Shown here: in pieces, positions 1 through 9,957 of the stretch
Layout: every line of letters begins with the position of its first letter
How positions within the stretch are numbered: the stretch's first letter is position 1
Assembly: GCA_002504905.1 (NCBI GenBank)
Contig: DATY01000019.1
Location: 30,326-94,325 of the forward strand
Length of the DNA stretch: 64,000 nucleotides
DNA from: Euryarchaeota archaeon UBA605
Lineage (GTDB): Archaea > Thermoplasmatota > Poseidoniia > Poseidoniales > Thalassarchaeaceae
Direction of reading: 5' to 3'
Notes under the pieces: model-generated
Told to the model about the DNA's origin: nothing
The model's input: only the letters and a program-made list of their open reading frames with translations
The model's database searches: none
Made by a program: the position numbers and the translations under genes

Positions 1-1
1 A

Positions 2-238
2 CATAATGAAGCATTCGCTGCGGCATCTGTTGCAGTACAAATGGCACTAAAAGTTCCAGAAGATCGATTCAATGTTCATGGAGGAGCCGTAGCAATTGGG
101 CATCCACTAGGAGCAACAGGAACAAGGTGTCTAATGACTACAATCAATGCCCTAAATAGAACTGGGGGGAATAAAGGAATTGTCACAATCTGTCTAGGCG
201 GAGGAAATGCCGTGGCAATGCTAATAGAAGCCAAATAA
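2..238 (+). CDS. Thiolase (acetyl-CoA C-acyltransferase), C-terminal part; 5' end lies outside the window
   Basis: Frame from nt 2 reads HNEAFAAA...NVHGGAVAIGHPLGATG...ICLGGG, giving the thiolase NEAF, GHP and CxGGG motifs. Confidence 0.93.
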   Translation, partial: HNEAFAAASVAVQMALKVPEDRFNVHGGAVAIGHPLGATGTRCLMTTINALNRTGGNKGIVTICLGGGNAVAMLIEAK

Positions 239-323
239 AGGTGAAAATTGTTCAATAATTGACAGAAATAACTGATTAAGTGAGTCAATGCCCTTATGTG
301 GGGGTCGCTGGCCGTTCTGCATC

Positions 324-581
324 ATGGTCAAGCCTGCAAGAGCACATACCCGCTTCGAAAAAGCAAGAATTATTGGTGCGCGCGCACTTCAAATTAGTAT
401 GGGAGCACCTTTATTCGTCTCAGAAGATGAATTGAGAGAAGAGTTCTCAGGAGAATTAATTCAACTGTATGGGGTTGATGAAGCTAAAGAGAGGGTTGTT
501 TTAGATCCAATGAAAATTGCAACTCTAGAATATCTAAAACATAGAATACCAATTGATGTCGAACCACATCTCGACGAATAA
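324..581 (+). CDS. rpoK: DNA-directed RNA polymerase subunit K (Rpo6/omega)
   Basis: [21 protein letters not shown] signature; ATG at 324 preferred to 288 because the extra N-terminal residues do not resemble Rpo6. Confidence 0.93.
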   Translation: MVKPARAHTRFEKARIIGARALQISMGAPLFVSEDELREEFSGELIQLYGVDEAKERVVLDPMKIATLEYLKHRIPIDVEPHLDE

Positions 582-603
582 AACACAATTATATCTATGA
601 CTA

Positions 604-1704
604 ATGGGTCGTGAGATAATGAGATTCGAAAGGGTCAGTGTAGAAAAACTGACTGCAATCATTGTAGGAGTCACAATTCTAGTGATTGCTGCTGGAGGAA
701 CAATTAGAATCTATGATGCCGGAGAATCGTGTCCAGATTGGCCTACATGCTTCGGAACTTGGGGATTTGATATTTCTGAGGAAGAACAAAGAGAATGGTT
801 TGATGAAAATCCAAGTGAGATAGACTCTAGAGGGTCGAGCCATACTTATACTACCTTTGAAATATTCACTGAATGGATACATCGACTTTTAGCAGGAGCT
901 ATTTTAGGGCCTTTAGTAATTTTAAATTGGTTTATCATAAGGAAAGATGAAGAATTAACTAATGAAGTTAAATTGGCTTCATTGATATCCGTATTGCTGA
1001 TAGGTTGGCAGGGTTTTCTAGGATATGTTACTGTAAGATTAGATAATTTACATTGGAGTGTTGCACTACATCTAGCATCTGCACTTCTATTTTTAATGTC
1101 ATTAATTTGGATATGGTTGGCTACTGTAAGAGATAAAGAACAAATTCCCAAATGGATAGAATTTGATCCAATATTGGCTAAAAGATGGACTAATCGTATT
1201 GTATTATTATCATTTGGAACATTCTTGACTTTGTTCCTGGGAGTTTTTGTTTCAACAACACCTGGGGCAAATCAAGGATGTGGCGTTTCAGGATTCCCAG
1301 GATCTTGGCCATTATGTAATGATTCAATATATCAAAAGGTAGTGGATTTTGAGGCTCAATCTCAGATTCTACACAGATTATTAGTTAGTATCGTTGGGAC
1401 AATTCTAGCAATCACTTGTTACATAATTTGGAAGGAAAATAAGGAAGGAGAATATGGAACATTATTATGTAAATGGATTTGGATTTCATCAACATTATAC
1501 CTAATTAATATTGGATTAGGTGGATTATATGTGCTTTCTGCAAAATTAGAAAATTTTGAAATTGTATATTTTGAGTTATTATCTTTGATTCATCTTATGC
1601 TGGCATCACTAGTATTTGTAATGATTACAAGTATACTAATGACTATCAAAGTTATAACGCTGTACGAAAAAAATCATGTTGTGAATGATACTATTGCTCA
1701 ATGA
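604..1704 (+). CDS. ctaA: Heme A synthase (COX15/CtaA)
   Basis: CPDWPTC loop, EWIHR, VALHL, QILHR and LIHL His motifs; second Cys pair; about 8 TM helices; next to ctaB. Confidence 0.9.
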   Translation: MGREIMRFERVSVEKLTAIIVGVTILVIAAGGTIRIYDAGESCPDWPTCFGTWGFDISEEEQREWFDENPSEIDSRGSSHTYTTFEIFTEWIHRLLAGAILGPLVILNWFIIRKDEELTNEVKLASLISVLLIGWQGFLGYVTVRLDNLHWSVALHLASALLFLMSLIWIWLATVRDKEQIPKWIEFDPILAKRWTNRIVLLSFGTFLTLFLGVFVSTTPGANQGCGVSGFPGSWPLCNDSIYQKVVDFEAQSQILHRLLVSIVGTILAITCYIIWKENKEGEYGTLLCKWIWISSTLYLINIGLGGLYVLSAKLENFEIVYFELLSLIHLMLASLVFVMITSILMTIKVITLYEKNHVVNDTIAQ

Positions 1705-1735
1705 CTTTCAAAGACTATTAGCAATAGGAGTGAAT

Positions 1736-2809
1736 ATGGGAGAGACAAGGGCACTCATTAATTCGCTCTTTTCTTTAACGAAACCAAGAGTGGTTGTACT
1801 ATTACAAATTACTGCAATGTGTGCAATTCTATGTCATGATTTAATCGAGGCTAATAAGATTGATAGAGAAACTATAGAAACAATGACTATTGTATTTATT
1901 GGAGGTTACCTGACCGCTGGAGGTGCTAATTGTATCAATATGTGGTATGACAGAGATATTGACCCAATTATGACTAGAACCTCAAAAAGACCTTTGTCGG
2001 TCGGAGAAATTAGTTCACAGAAAGCTCTTTTATTTGGGATTTCAATTTCAATTATTGGAACATTATGGCTATTGGAAATGGCTAATGAAGTTGCTGCCTT
2101 CTGGGCATTATTCAGCATTCTTTTCTATGTATTTATCTATACCATCTGGCTAAAAAGAACTAGTGTCCAAAATATTGTAATTGGAGGGATTGCTGGGTCA
2201 ACTCCTCCAGTAATTGGTTGGGCAGCAGCAGAAGGTGAAATTGAATTAGTAATGAATTCAACTCGTAACTTTATAGATTCTATTGTGAATATTGGAGGAT
2301 ACATGCCTTGGTTCATGTTTCTACTAATATTCCTATGGACTCCACCACATTTCTGGGCTTTGGCGTTATACAGATCTGAAGAATATGAAAAGGTTGGAGT
2401 CCCGATGATGCCTAATGTTAAAGGAAAAGAAAGAACATTAGTTGAAATGAAGATTTATTCAGTATTATTGATTTTACTATCTTTGACAACCCCCCTAGCA
2501 TTTCAAGAACAAGATAATTGGTTAGAAATTTCAGATATAGATGCAAATATGTCTCTGGCCATTATTAACAGTCTAATGTTGAGCATATGGTATGGAGTTA
2601 CTGTTTGGAAAATAAATGTAAATGAAAATAATGATGAAAATAATAGAATGCCTACTGCTTCACATTCTTTTTTCATATCGCTAACATATCTAGCCATAAT
2701 GTTCGTCATACTAGTATTGACAAGCAGTAATTTCATAATAAATGGAACAATACTAAGCACCATCTTAATTTTATACATAATTTTTAGAAATAAAGGAGTT
2801 AAGAAATAA
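1736..2809 (+). CDS. ctaB: Protoheme IX farnesyltransferase (heme O synthase)
   Basis: LTKPRV, NMWYDRDIDPIMTRTSKRP, YTIWLKR, NIVIGG and WTPPHFWALAL motifs; GGAG upstream of ATG 1736. Confidence 0.95.
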   Translation: MGETRALINSLFSLTKPRVVVLLQITAMCAILCHDLIEANKIDRETIETMTIVFIGGYLTAGGANCINMWYDRDIDPIMTRTSKRPLSVGEISSQKALLFGISISIIGTLWLLEMANEVAAFWALFSILFYVFIYTIWLKRTSVQNIVIGGIAGSTPPVIGWAAAEGEIELVMNSTRNFIDSIVNIGGYMPWFMFLLIFLWTPPHFWALALYRSEEYEKVGVPMMPNVKGKERTLVEMKIYSVLLILLSLTTPLAFQEQDNWLEISDIDANMSLAIINSLMLSIWYGVTVWKINVNENNDENNRMPTASHSFFISLTYLAIMFVILVLTSSNFIINGTILSTILILYIIFRNKGVKK

Positions 2810-2878
2810 TTGTGTTTTCTTTCCCGATGGATTCAAGCACTAAACAGTTAGTTGCGGAACAGAAAAGGTGGTGGCCTG

Positions 2879-4132
2879 ATGGATGAGAAGGACCTGATTT
2901 TTGATTGGAACGTTATTGACTATGAAATCAAAAGAGATTCATCAAATCATCCACATGAGGTATGGTTCGATGATGAAACTCTAAGGGACGGTTTGCAAAG
3001 TCCAAGTGCCAGAAATCCCACAATTAAACAAAAAATCGAACTAATTGATTTTATGGAAAAACTTGGGATTCAAAAAGTAGATTTAGGATTGCCAGGAGCT
3101 GGACCTTTTCATGTAAATCATATAGATTCTATGCTATCTCATATGACTGAAAATTCATTTGAATTGAGACCGGGGTGTGCAGTTAGAACTGTAGTTGATG
3201 ATATTAGACCTTTAGTTGATTTACAGGCTAAACATGAAGTACAAATTCAGGCAAGTGCATTCCTAGGAACTAGTCCTATCAGGCAATATACTGAAGGTTG
3301 GGATATGGATAGAATATTATCAACTGCTGAAAAAGCAGTTACATTTGCAGTTGATAACGATATTCCGGTAATGTTTGTCACAGAAGATACAACTAGAAGT
3401 AAGCCCGAAGAAATAAAACAAGTTTATACCAGAGCAATCGAACTAGGTGCCGATAGGATTTGCGTTTGCGATACATGCGGACATGTAACCCCTAATGGAG
3501 TTAGAAAGTTGCTATCCTTTATCCAAAATGAAGTGATTCCAGACTCAGGAGTTAAACGTAGAGATATAGAAGTAAACTGGCATGGCCATCAAGATAGGGG
3601 TCTTGGGGTTGCAAATAATTTAGCAGCCGTTGAAGTAGGTGCAGATGTAATTCATGGAACCGCATTAGGAGTAGGGGAAAGAGCAGGTAATGCTCCTTTG
3701 GATCAAACATTAGTAAATCTGAGTTTAATGGGAATAATCAATAATGATTTGACTGCATTGAATGATTATATGCAAAAAGCACATGAATACATCGAAGTAG
3801 CCCTACCAAGAAACTATCCTGTATTTGGTAAAGATGCATTCGAGACAGGTACGGGAGTACATGCAAGTGCCGTAGTTAAGGCTATGAAAAAAGGAGAACA
3901 TTGGCTTGCAGATAGAATCTATTCCGGAGTTCCTGCCCAAGATTATGGTCTAGAGCAAGTAATCAGAATTGGACACATGAGCGGCCGTTCAAACATAACA
4001 TGGTGGCTTAGTAAAAATAATTATCAAATTACTGATGAACTAGTTGCTCATCTTTTTACAATCGCAAAACAACAACGTAGATTAATGGATGATGATGAAG
4101 TTCATCTAGCAATAAAGAATTGGCAAAAATAA
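2879..4132 (+). CDS. DRE-TIM acyl-CoA condensing enzyme (2-isopropylmalate/homocitrate/citramalate synthase family) without C-terminal regulatory domain
   Basis: DETLRDG, HGHQD (HxH) and GERAGN motifs; GGTGG RBS before ATG 2879; substrate cannot be read from the sequence. Confidence 0.85.
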   Translation: MDEKDLIFDWNVIDYEIKRDSSNHPHEVWFDDETLRDGLQSPSARNPTIKQKIELIDFMEKLGIQKVDLGLPGAGPFHVNHIDSMLSHMTENSFELRPGCAVRTVVDDIRPLVDLQAKHEVQIQASAFLGTSPIRQYTEGWDMDRILSTAEKAVTFAVDNDIPVMFVTEDTTRSKPEEIKQVYTRAIELGADRICVCDTCGHVTPNGVRKLLSFIQNEVIPDSGVKRRDIEVNWHGHQDRGLGVANNLAAVEVGADVIHGTALGVGERAGNAPLDQTLVNLSLMGIINNDLTALNDYMQKAHEYIEVALPRNYPVFGKDAFETGTGVHASAVVKAMKKGEHWLADRIYSGVPAQDYGLEQVIRIGHMSGRSNITWWLSKNNYQITDELVAHLFTIAKQQRRLMDDDEVHLAIKNWQK

Positions 4133-4192
4133 TGACTTATTGTTAATGCATGATTAACGAATACCTAAAACCCCTACTGACATGTCAGGGGT

Positions 4193-7100
4193 ATGCGTTT
4201 GGCATTATTCGTAGTTTTTATTTTGCTTTCCGCACCAATTTCAGGCTTAGTTTCTGCTGATGATAGAAATCAAGAAGAATTATCATCAAATACACGAGAA
4301 TTGATTATTCCTACTTATTCAATTGCAGTACAATTGGCATTTGAAAGGGTATCAGATTTAGAACAATATTCTACGGAAGAATTAGAGGATACTGGGCAAT
4401 GGTTAGTTATCTCATCGAGTAACAAAGATGAACAAATGAAAATGATCCCAAAATCAGTCACTATAGAAAGCGCATCTCAATTACGAGGAGCATATATTTG
4501 GAATCTCGAATCGACATCAAATATAGTAGAAAAATTTGAAAAATTACTAGAAAATGGAGATATTGAGTCCTTTTCCCCCTTAATTAAGAAACAACAAGTA
4601 ACACGTTCAATCCCTAATGATGAGGTATTTGACGATCAATGGCATCTGAGAAACACGGGGCAAACATCGGGAACATTTGGAGAAGATGCAAATGTCACTT
4701 CAGTTTGGAATTCTTATACAGGCAATGGGATTATAATCAGTGTAGTTGATGATGGCTTAGATAAAGATCATCCAGATATTTCACCCAATTATTCGCCTAA
4801 TCATTCCTATGACTGGTGTAACAATGATGCAGACCCTACTCCGACCAGTAATAATGGACATGGAACTGCAGCTGGAGGAGTTGCTGCTGCTGCAGGAGAT
4901 AACTCAATTCATGTAGCAGGTGCAGCCTATGACGCAACTCTTGCTGGTTCAACATTAATTGCATGTTGGGCAGGAGATTCTACAGAGGCTGATGCATTAT
5001 CTTTCATGAACAATGAAACTCACATCTATACCAACTCTTGGGGACCTAGTGATAATGGACAAACATTGGACGCCCCTGGGCCATTGATGTTAGCAGCATT
5101 TGAAAATGATGCTTATGAAGGTAGAAATGGACTAGGAAATATCATTACATGGGCAGCAGGAAATGGCCTTACAAGTGATGATAATGCTAATTATGACGGT
5201 TGGGCAAATAGTAGATTTACTATTGCTGTTTCGGCAATTACTCATTATGGAGAACAGTCATACTATTCTGAGCCTGGAGCGAGTATCCTAGTGGCCGCCC
5301 ATTCTAACGGAGACGGTGAAGGAATAACTACAACTGATATCCATGATGATCCAGATACAACATCAGATGATGCTGGCTATGATAATGGAAATGTGACAAA
5401 TAGTTTTGGAGGAACTTCTAGTGCCACTCCTTTGGCTGCAGGTGTAATCGCTTTGATATTAGATGCGAATGAAAACCTAACCTGGAGAGATGTCCAGCAT
5501 ATATTGGTAAACAGTGCAAGAATGAATGACCCTACAGATTCAAGTTGGGGAATTAATGATGCTGGACATGATGTATCCCATAAGTATGGATTTGGGGCTG
5601 TAGATGCTGGAAGAGCGGTTTCGTTAGCAGAAAATTGGACAAATGTAGATGAGGAGGTGAATCTCACATTCGGACCGTATTTGCCATCATTTACAATCCC
5701 AACATCGACTAACTCATGGAGTGAATTTGATGTCCAAATTACTGATGATATTAGTTTAGAAAGTATAGATGTTGTAGTGGATATCGATCATTCCAACAGA
5801 GGTGATTTAGAGATAGTTTTGGAATCTCCAAATGGTACTCAATCATGGCTGGCTGAAGAGCATAACGATGGAGGTAATGATTATTCTAATTGGATGTTTA
5901 ACACGGTGCATCACTGGGATGAAAGTAGTTTAGGAACCTGGAAATTAAAGATAAGAGATACCACTTCAGGCACATCTGGTACACTTAATTCATGGCAAAT
6001 GATAATCCATGGCATGAATATAGATTTAGACTATGACGATGATGGTATTTCAAATGAGAATGAAACTTTAATTTGGGGAACAGACCCTTACAATGAAGAT
6101 ACTGATTCCGATGGATTGAATGATTATGATGAAATTTTTGTTTATTTTACAAATGCAACGATGTCAGATACTGATTTAGATGGTTTATCTGATTTAATTG
6201 AAATATCAGTTTATCAAACCGATCCAAACAGTCAAGATACTGATTCTGATGGGTTAAATGATGGCGCTGAAATTAATCTATGGCAGAGTAATCCGTTGAT
6301 CTTTGATGCAGATGAAGATTCTGATTTTTATTATCACTTCAATGATTGTAATGATCAAGATGCAGAGATTAACCCTGGTAAACCGGAGAAATTAAATGGA
6401 TTCGATGATAATTGTGATGATTTAATTGATGAAGGATTTAATTTTACAGATAGGGATAATGACGGGTTGAAAGATTGGCCAGAATATCATATTCATAACA
6501 CTGACTATAGAAATGCAGATACCGACGGTGATGGATTAAATGACGGTTCGGAAGTTAACTTATACTCAGATTTAGGAGCAAATCCTTTAATCTTTGATGA
6601 AGATAATGACGGCGATACATGGTATTGGTTTGAGGACTGTGACGATAACAATATACTTAGATCACCTGGCTTACCTGAAGCTTTAGATTCGATTGACAAT
6701 GACTGTGATGAAGAAATTGATGAAGATTTCATAGATTTAGATACTGATTCAGATGGCTTATCAGACTATGATGAGTATTATTTCATCTCAACTAATCCTA
6801 ATGACGGCGATACAGATAAAGATGGATTACCGGACGGTATTGAAGTCAATACATACGCAGAATTGGGAGCTAACCCACTTGTATTTGACGAAGACAGTGA
6901 TGGCGATGGTTGGTACTGGTTTCAGGACTGTGCAGACGACGACCCAGATGTTTCTCCTTCGTTAATTGAAATGTTAGATAAAAAAGATAACGATTGTGAT
7001 GGAGAAATTGATGAAGATTTCTATACAATTGATTCTGACAATGATGGACTATCAGATTTCGAAGAATATCATAATATAACTTCTGATTATAATGATGAGG

Positions 7101-8011
7101 ACACAGATGGAGATGGAATTAATGATGGAGTAGAAGTTTTAACTAAAATGTCTAATCCTCTGATATTTAACTATGATAATGATAATGACGAATACTATGA
7201 TTTCGAGGATTGTGACGATTTAAATTCAGAAATCAATCCTAATTCGATTGAAATCTGGAATGGTTTAGATGATGATTGTAACGAATTAATTGATGATAAT
7301 CTGAAAAGAGAGAATCTTGTTCTTGTAATTCCTCGTACTCAGGTTATCTATAATTGGGATGCTGTTAACGAGAGTTTAATTTTTGGCCTAAATAATATTC
7401 CATCACAGGTAAATACAGAAATATCCTGGCGCATAGGAGATTATGACTTATCAGAGAATCTCTCAAACCAAAATACAAGATTAGTCATTGATGAATTAGA
7501 ATGTAGTAAGAATAAAGATAATCTAACTTTATTACTATGTACAAATGGAACGAGTAGACAACTAATTACTGCAACAATTGTTGATTCAGGAGTTTCCACT
7601 GAATTTATCTGGGAACTTGATATGATTGTTTGGATTCCACCCCCAACACTATTTGATAATTTAGTATCTTTCTTAACTAGTGGTTTGGGAATCTTATTAT
7701 TATCTATGATTATGATGTCAATTCTATCTGCAGGCGTATTTGTTAATTACAGAATTAAGCAAAAGAGACTACTTGAAGAAGCCTATACTTCGTATAATAT
7801 TCCTTCAAATAAAGTAGAATATGAATATTCATTTACAAAAACAGAATTACCTTCAGCACCAGATTTATCATTATTAGAAATGCAAAATAAGGCCTATGAA
7901 GAATCAATACCTAATCTACCCTCAACTATACCAATGTTAACTATACCGAGTAAAAAAATAGATGATGAAGTTGAATTATTAGATTTACCTTCAAGAATAA
8001 TTGAAGAATAA
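4193..8011 (+). CDS. Secreted, membrane-anchored kexin/furin-like S8 serine protease with P-domain and Asp-rich Ca-binding repeats
   Basis: Signal peptide; catalytic D (VVDDG), H (GHGT), oxyanion N (AAGNG), S (GGTSSA); SHKYGFG; P-domain (HSNRGDL...GTWKL); DxDxDG and DCxD...DxxC repeats; C-terminal TM helix. Confidence 0.92.
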   Translation: MRLALFVVFILLSAPISGLVSADDRNQEELSSNTRELIIPTYSIAVQLAFERVSDLEQYSTEELEDTGQWLVISSSNKDEQMKMIPKSVTIESASQLRGAYIWNLESTSNIVEKFEKLLENGDIESFSPLIKKQQVTRSIPNDEVFDDQWHLRNTGQTSGTFGEDANVTSVWNSYTGNGIIISVVDDGLDKDHPDISPNYSPNHSYDWCNNDADPTPTSNNGHGTAAGGVAAAAGDNSIHVAGAAYDATLAGSTLIACWAGDSTEADALSFMNNETHIYTNSWGPSDNGQTLDAPGPLMLAAFENDAYEGRNGLGNIITWAAGNGLTSDDNANYDGWANSRFTIAVSAITHYGEQSYYSEPGASILVAAHSNGDGEGITTTDIHDDPDTTSDDAGYDNGNVTNSFGGTSSATPLAAGVIALILDANENLTWRDVQHILVNSARMNDPTDSSWGINDAGHDVSHKYGFGAVDAGRAVSLAENWTNVDEEVNLTFGPYLPSFTIPTSTNSWSEFDVQITDDISLESIDVVVDIDHSNRGDLEIVLESPNGTQSWLAEEHNDGGNDYSNWMFNTVHHWDESSLGTWKLKIRDTTSGTSGTLNSWQMIIHGMNIDLDYDDDGISNENETLIWGTDPYNEDTDSDGLNDYDEIFVYFTNATMSDTDLDGLSDLIEISVYQTDPNSQDTDSDGLNDGAEINLWQSNPLIFDADEDSDFYYHFNDCNDQDAEINPGKPEKLNGFDDNCDDLIDEGFNFTDRDNDGLKDWPEYHIHNTDYRNADTDGDGLNDGSEVNLYSDLGANPLIFDEDNDGDTWYWFEDCDDNNILRSPGLPEALDSIDNDCDEEIDEDFIDLDTDSDGLSDYDEYYFISTNPNDGDTDKDGLPDGIEVNTYAELGANPLVFDEDSDGDGWYWFQDCADDDPDVSPSLIEMLDKKDNDCDGEIDEDFYTIDSDNDGLSDFEEYHNITSDYNDEDTDGDGINDGVEVLTKMSNPLIFNYDNDNDEYYDFEDCDDLNSEINPNSIEIWNGLDDDCNELIDDNLKRENLVLVIPRTQVIYNWDAVNESLIFGLNNIPSQVNTEISWRIGDYDLSENLSNQNTRLVIDELECSKNKDNLTLLLCTNGTSRQLITATIVDSGVSTEFIWELDMIVWIPPPTLFDNLVSFLTSGLGILLLSMIMMSILSAGVFVNYRIKQKRLLEEAYTSYNIPSNKVEYEYSFTKTELPSAPDLSLLEMQNKAYEESIPNLPSTIPMLTIPSKKIDDEVELLDLPSRIIEE
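6025..7305 (+). repeat. Intragenic protein repeat array: four ~95-97-aa modules, each with DTDxDG(L/I)xDxxE units plus a DCxD...E...D(N/D)(D/N)C...ID unit
   Basis: Visible in translation; DTDGDG at nt 6518 and DTDKDG at nt 6809 are 291 nt (97 aa) apart; DNA copies have diverged. Confidence 0.85.
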
Positions 8012-8014
8012 GAA

Positions 8015-9364
8015 TCATGATTCTTCAGGAGATGGATGTTCATTTTGCCCCCATTCAGCATCCGGACTTCCGCCTGACCATTCTCCTTCGATAGAAATAT
8101 CTTCCACATCGTCATCTTCTCTCCATGGAGGTTCTCCGTCAGAACCGCTGATAATCAAACAACCTTCTTCATCCAGCCTTTTTTGTAGAGTTCTAATTCC
8201 TGATTTCATAGGTAACAAATGACCAATGGGGGTTCCTGCAGTCACGAATGGATGAGTAGCGGTACAAATCAATAAACCTCGATTTGGAGAATAGACATCA
8301 TGACTAATCCCTGGTCTCTCAGGATCGGTAATTGTCGCGACAACTTCTCCTTCATCTACAAAACTACCAGCAGGTGCCAATATATCCAAAAGACCTCCTT
8401 GATCAGATCTAATCCAAACAGAACCGGACGCTAGAATCCTAAAATAAGGTCGATTAGGATAACCCGGAATCATTCGTAAACTCCTAAGAACATTTAGAAT
8501 ACCATAAATTGCTACTTGAACAGATTCTGGATCTGCTTCATTGGATCCACCGCCCTCATAAGTAATGCAACCAATACCAGATTTATTTGCAGCTCTTCTC
8601 AAAGATCCTTTTGGACCTTCATTATCTAGGATAGTTTCTATTCCAAATGACCTTGCTATTCGATTACTCTCAGGATGAGCTAGATTTGCTCTAATTTGAG
8701 GCATATTTGTCCTTCCAGGTGCCGCAGTATGAAGATCAATAACATGGTCAGAAGTTTGAATAATTGATTTCCATATACGATTAGCGATTCTAGAAGTTGT
8801 ATTACTTTCACTGTTACCAGGAAAATTTCTATTTAGGTCGCGCCCATCAGGAAATTTTCGAGTTTGACGACGATATCCTGGGAGATTAATTATTGGAATT
8901 ATTCTGATTGTTCCAGATAACATAGAAGGATCAATGTCTTCTCCTGAACCAATGAAGTTAGGCCCACATAGGTATGTTAATGCTAGAGGTCCGACAAGTT
9001 CATTTCCGTGTACTGCGCCCAAAATTGTAACTACTGGGCCCGGTCTCGAACCATGTATTATTGTTACTGGAATTGGCCAGGAGTCTCCAATTTCAACATC
9101 TAATAAGTTAAAATCAATTTTTCTTATACTACCTGGTTTTATTCTTTTACGATCGAATAGATGAGTTTTTGGCCCACTTTCTCTAGACCATTTCTTAGGT
9201 GAAGGTGATTTACGCTCAAATGCCTTTTCTATTTCTTTACGACGTTTTTTCGATAACTGATTAGCTACTTTGAGAGGCTTGTGCCGACGTCTATTTTTGC
9301 GTGGCGCTGGAGAATCTTTTCTAGCCATAGACGGCGATTCATTTTCTTCATCGGTAGCAGACAA
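8015..9364 (-). CDS. Succinylglutamate desuccinylase/aspartoacylase (M14-like) family protein
   Basis: HGNE, RDLNRNFPG, IDLHT and YEGG motifs; C-terminal barrel-sandwich hybrid domain. Confidence 0.88.
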   Translation of the reverse strand: MSATDEENESPSMARKDSPAPRKNRRRHKPLKVANQLSKKRRKEIEKAFERKSPSPKKWSRESGPKTHLFDRKRIKPGSIRKIDFNLLDVEIGDSWPIPVTIIHGSRPGPVVTILGAVHGNELVGPLALTYLCGPNFIGSGEDIDPSMLSGTIRIIPIINLPGYRRQTRKFPDGRDLNRNFPGNSESNTTSRIANRIWKSIIQTSDHVIDLHTAAPGRTNMPQIRANLAHPESNRIARSFGIETILDNEGPKGSLRRAANKSGIGCITYEGGGSNEADPESVQVAIYGILNVLRSLRMIPGYPNRPYFRILASGSVWIRSDQGGLLDILAPAGSFVDEGEVVATITDPERPGISHDVYSPNRGLLICTATHPFVTAGTPIGHLLPMKSGIRTLQKRLDEEGCLIISGSDGEPPWREDDDVEDISIEGEWSGGSPDAEWGQNEHPSPEES

Positions 9365-9451
9365 CGACTCTCGGAAGAGGTCCTTAAATTAAGATAGTCT
9401 GATGATTGATTTATGGAATAATTCAATTCCCTATACCCTTTGTGAGACAAT

Positions 9452-9928
9452 ATGGAACATCAACATGACATTTCTGTACAAGATCAATACGCGCCGAATA
9501 GTATCTGTTTCGGTTGCGGCCCCGCCAATGAAAAAGGATTACAAATTAAATCATTTAGAACGGAAAATGGGCTTAAGATGGAGTTTGAAACTAAGATTGA
9601 ACACCAAGCATTTCCTGGGATAATTAACGGAGGAATAATTAGTACTCTACTCGATTGTCATGGCAATTGGGCAGCAACTATAGCCTTAATGGAACATAAT
9701 AAAAATGAGATACCTCCGTGCACTGTAACTTCGACATTTAGTTTGAAACTGAAAAGACCAACTCCCTTGGATTCTAAATTAGAAATTACAGCTATTGTGA
9801 GCGAGTTAAATGATGATAGAGCATTGGTAAAGATGACTTTGGAGGCAAATGGGAAAATTTGTGCTACTGGAGAAGGATTATTTGTAGCAGTAAAAGAAGG
9901 GCATCCTGCTTATCACAGATGGAATTAA
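9452..9928 (+). CDS. PaaI/hotdog-fold thioesterase
   Basis: CFGCGPANEKGL, PGIINGGIISTLLD and LKRPTP pattern. Confidence 0.85.
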   Translation: MEHQHDISVQDQYAPNSICFGCGPANEKGLQIKSFRTENGLKMEFETKIEHQAFPGIINGGIISTLLDCHGNWAATIALMEHNKNEIPPCTVTSTFSLKLKRPTPLDSKLEITAIVSELNDDRALVKMTLEANGKICATGEGLFVAVKEGHPAYHRWN

Positions 9929-9957
9929 CGACACGGCATCCTTTAGAACGGCCGATT

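Noticed and set aside
6025..7305. Periodic sequence that might be a CRISPR array or DNA tandem repeat
   Set aside because: The periodicity is at protein level inside the protease ORF; DNA copies are diverged with no identical repeat-spacer pattern, and there are no cas genes
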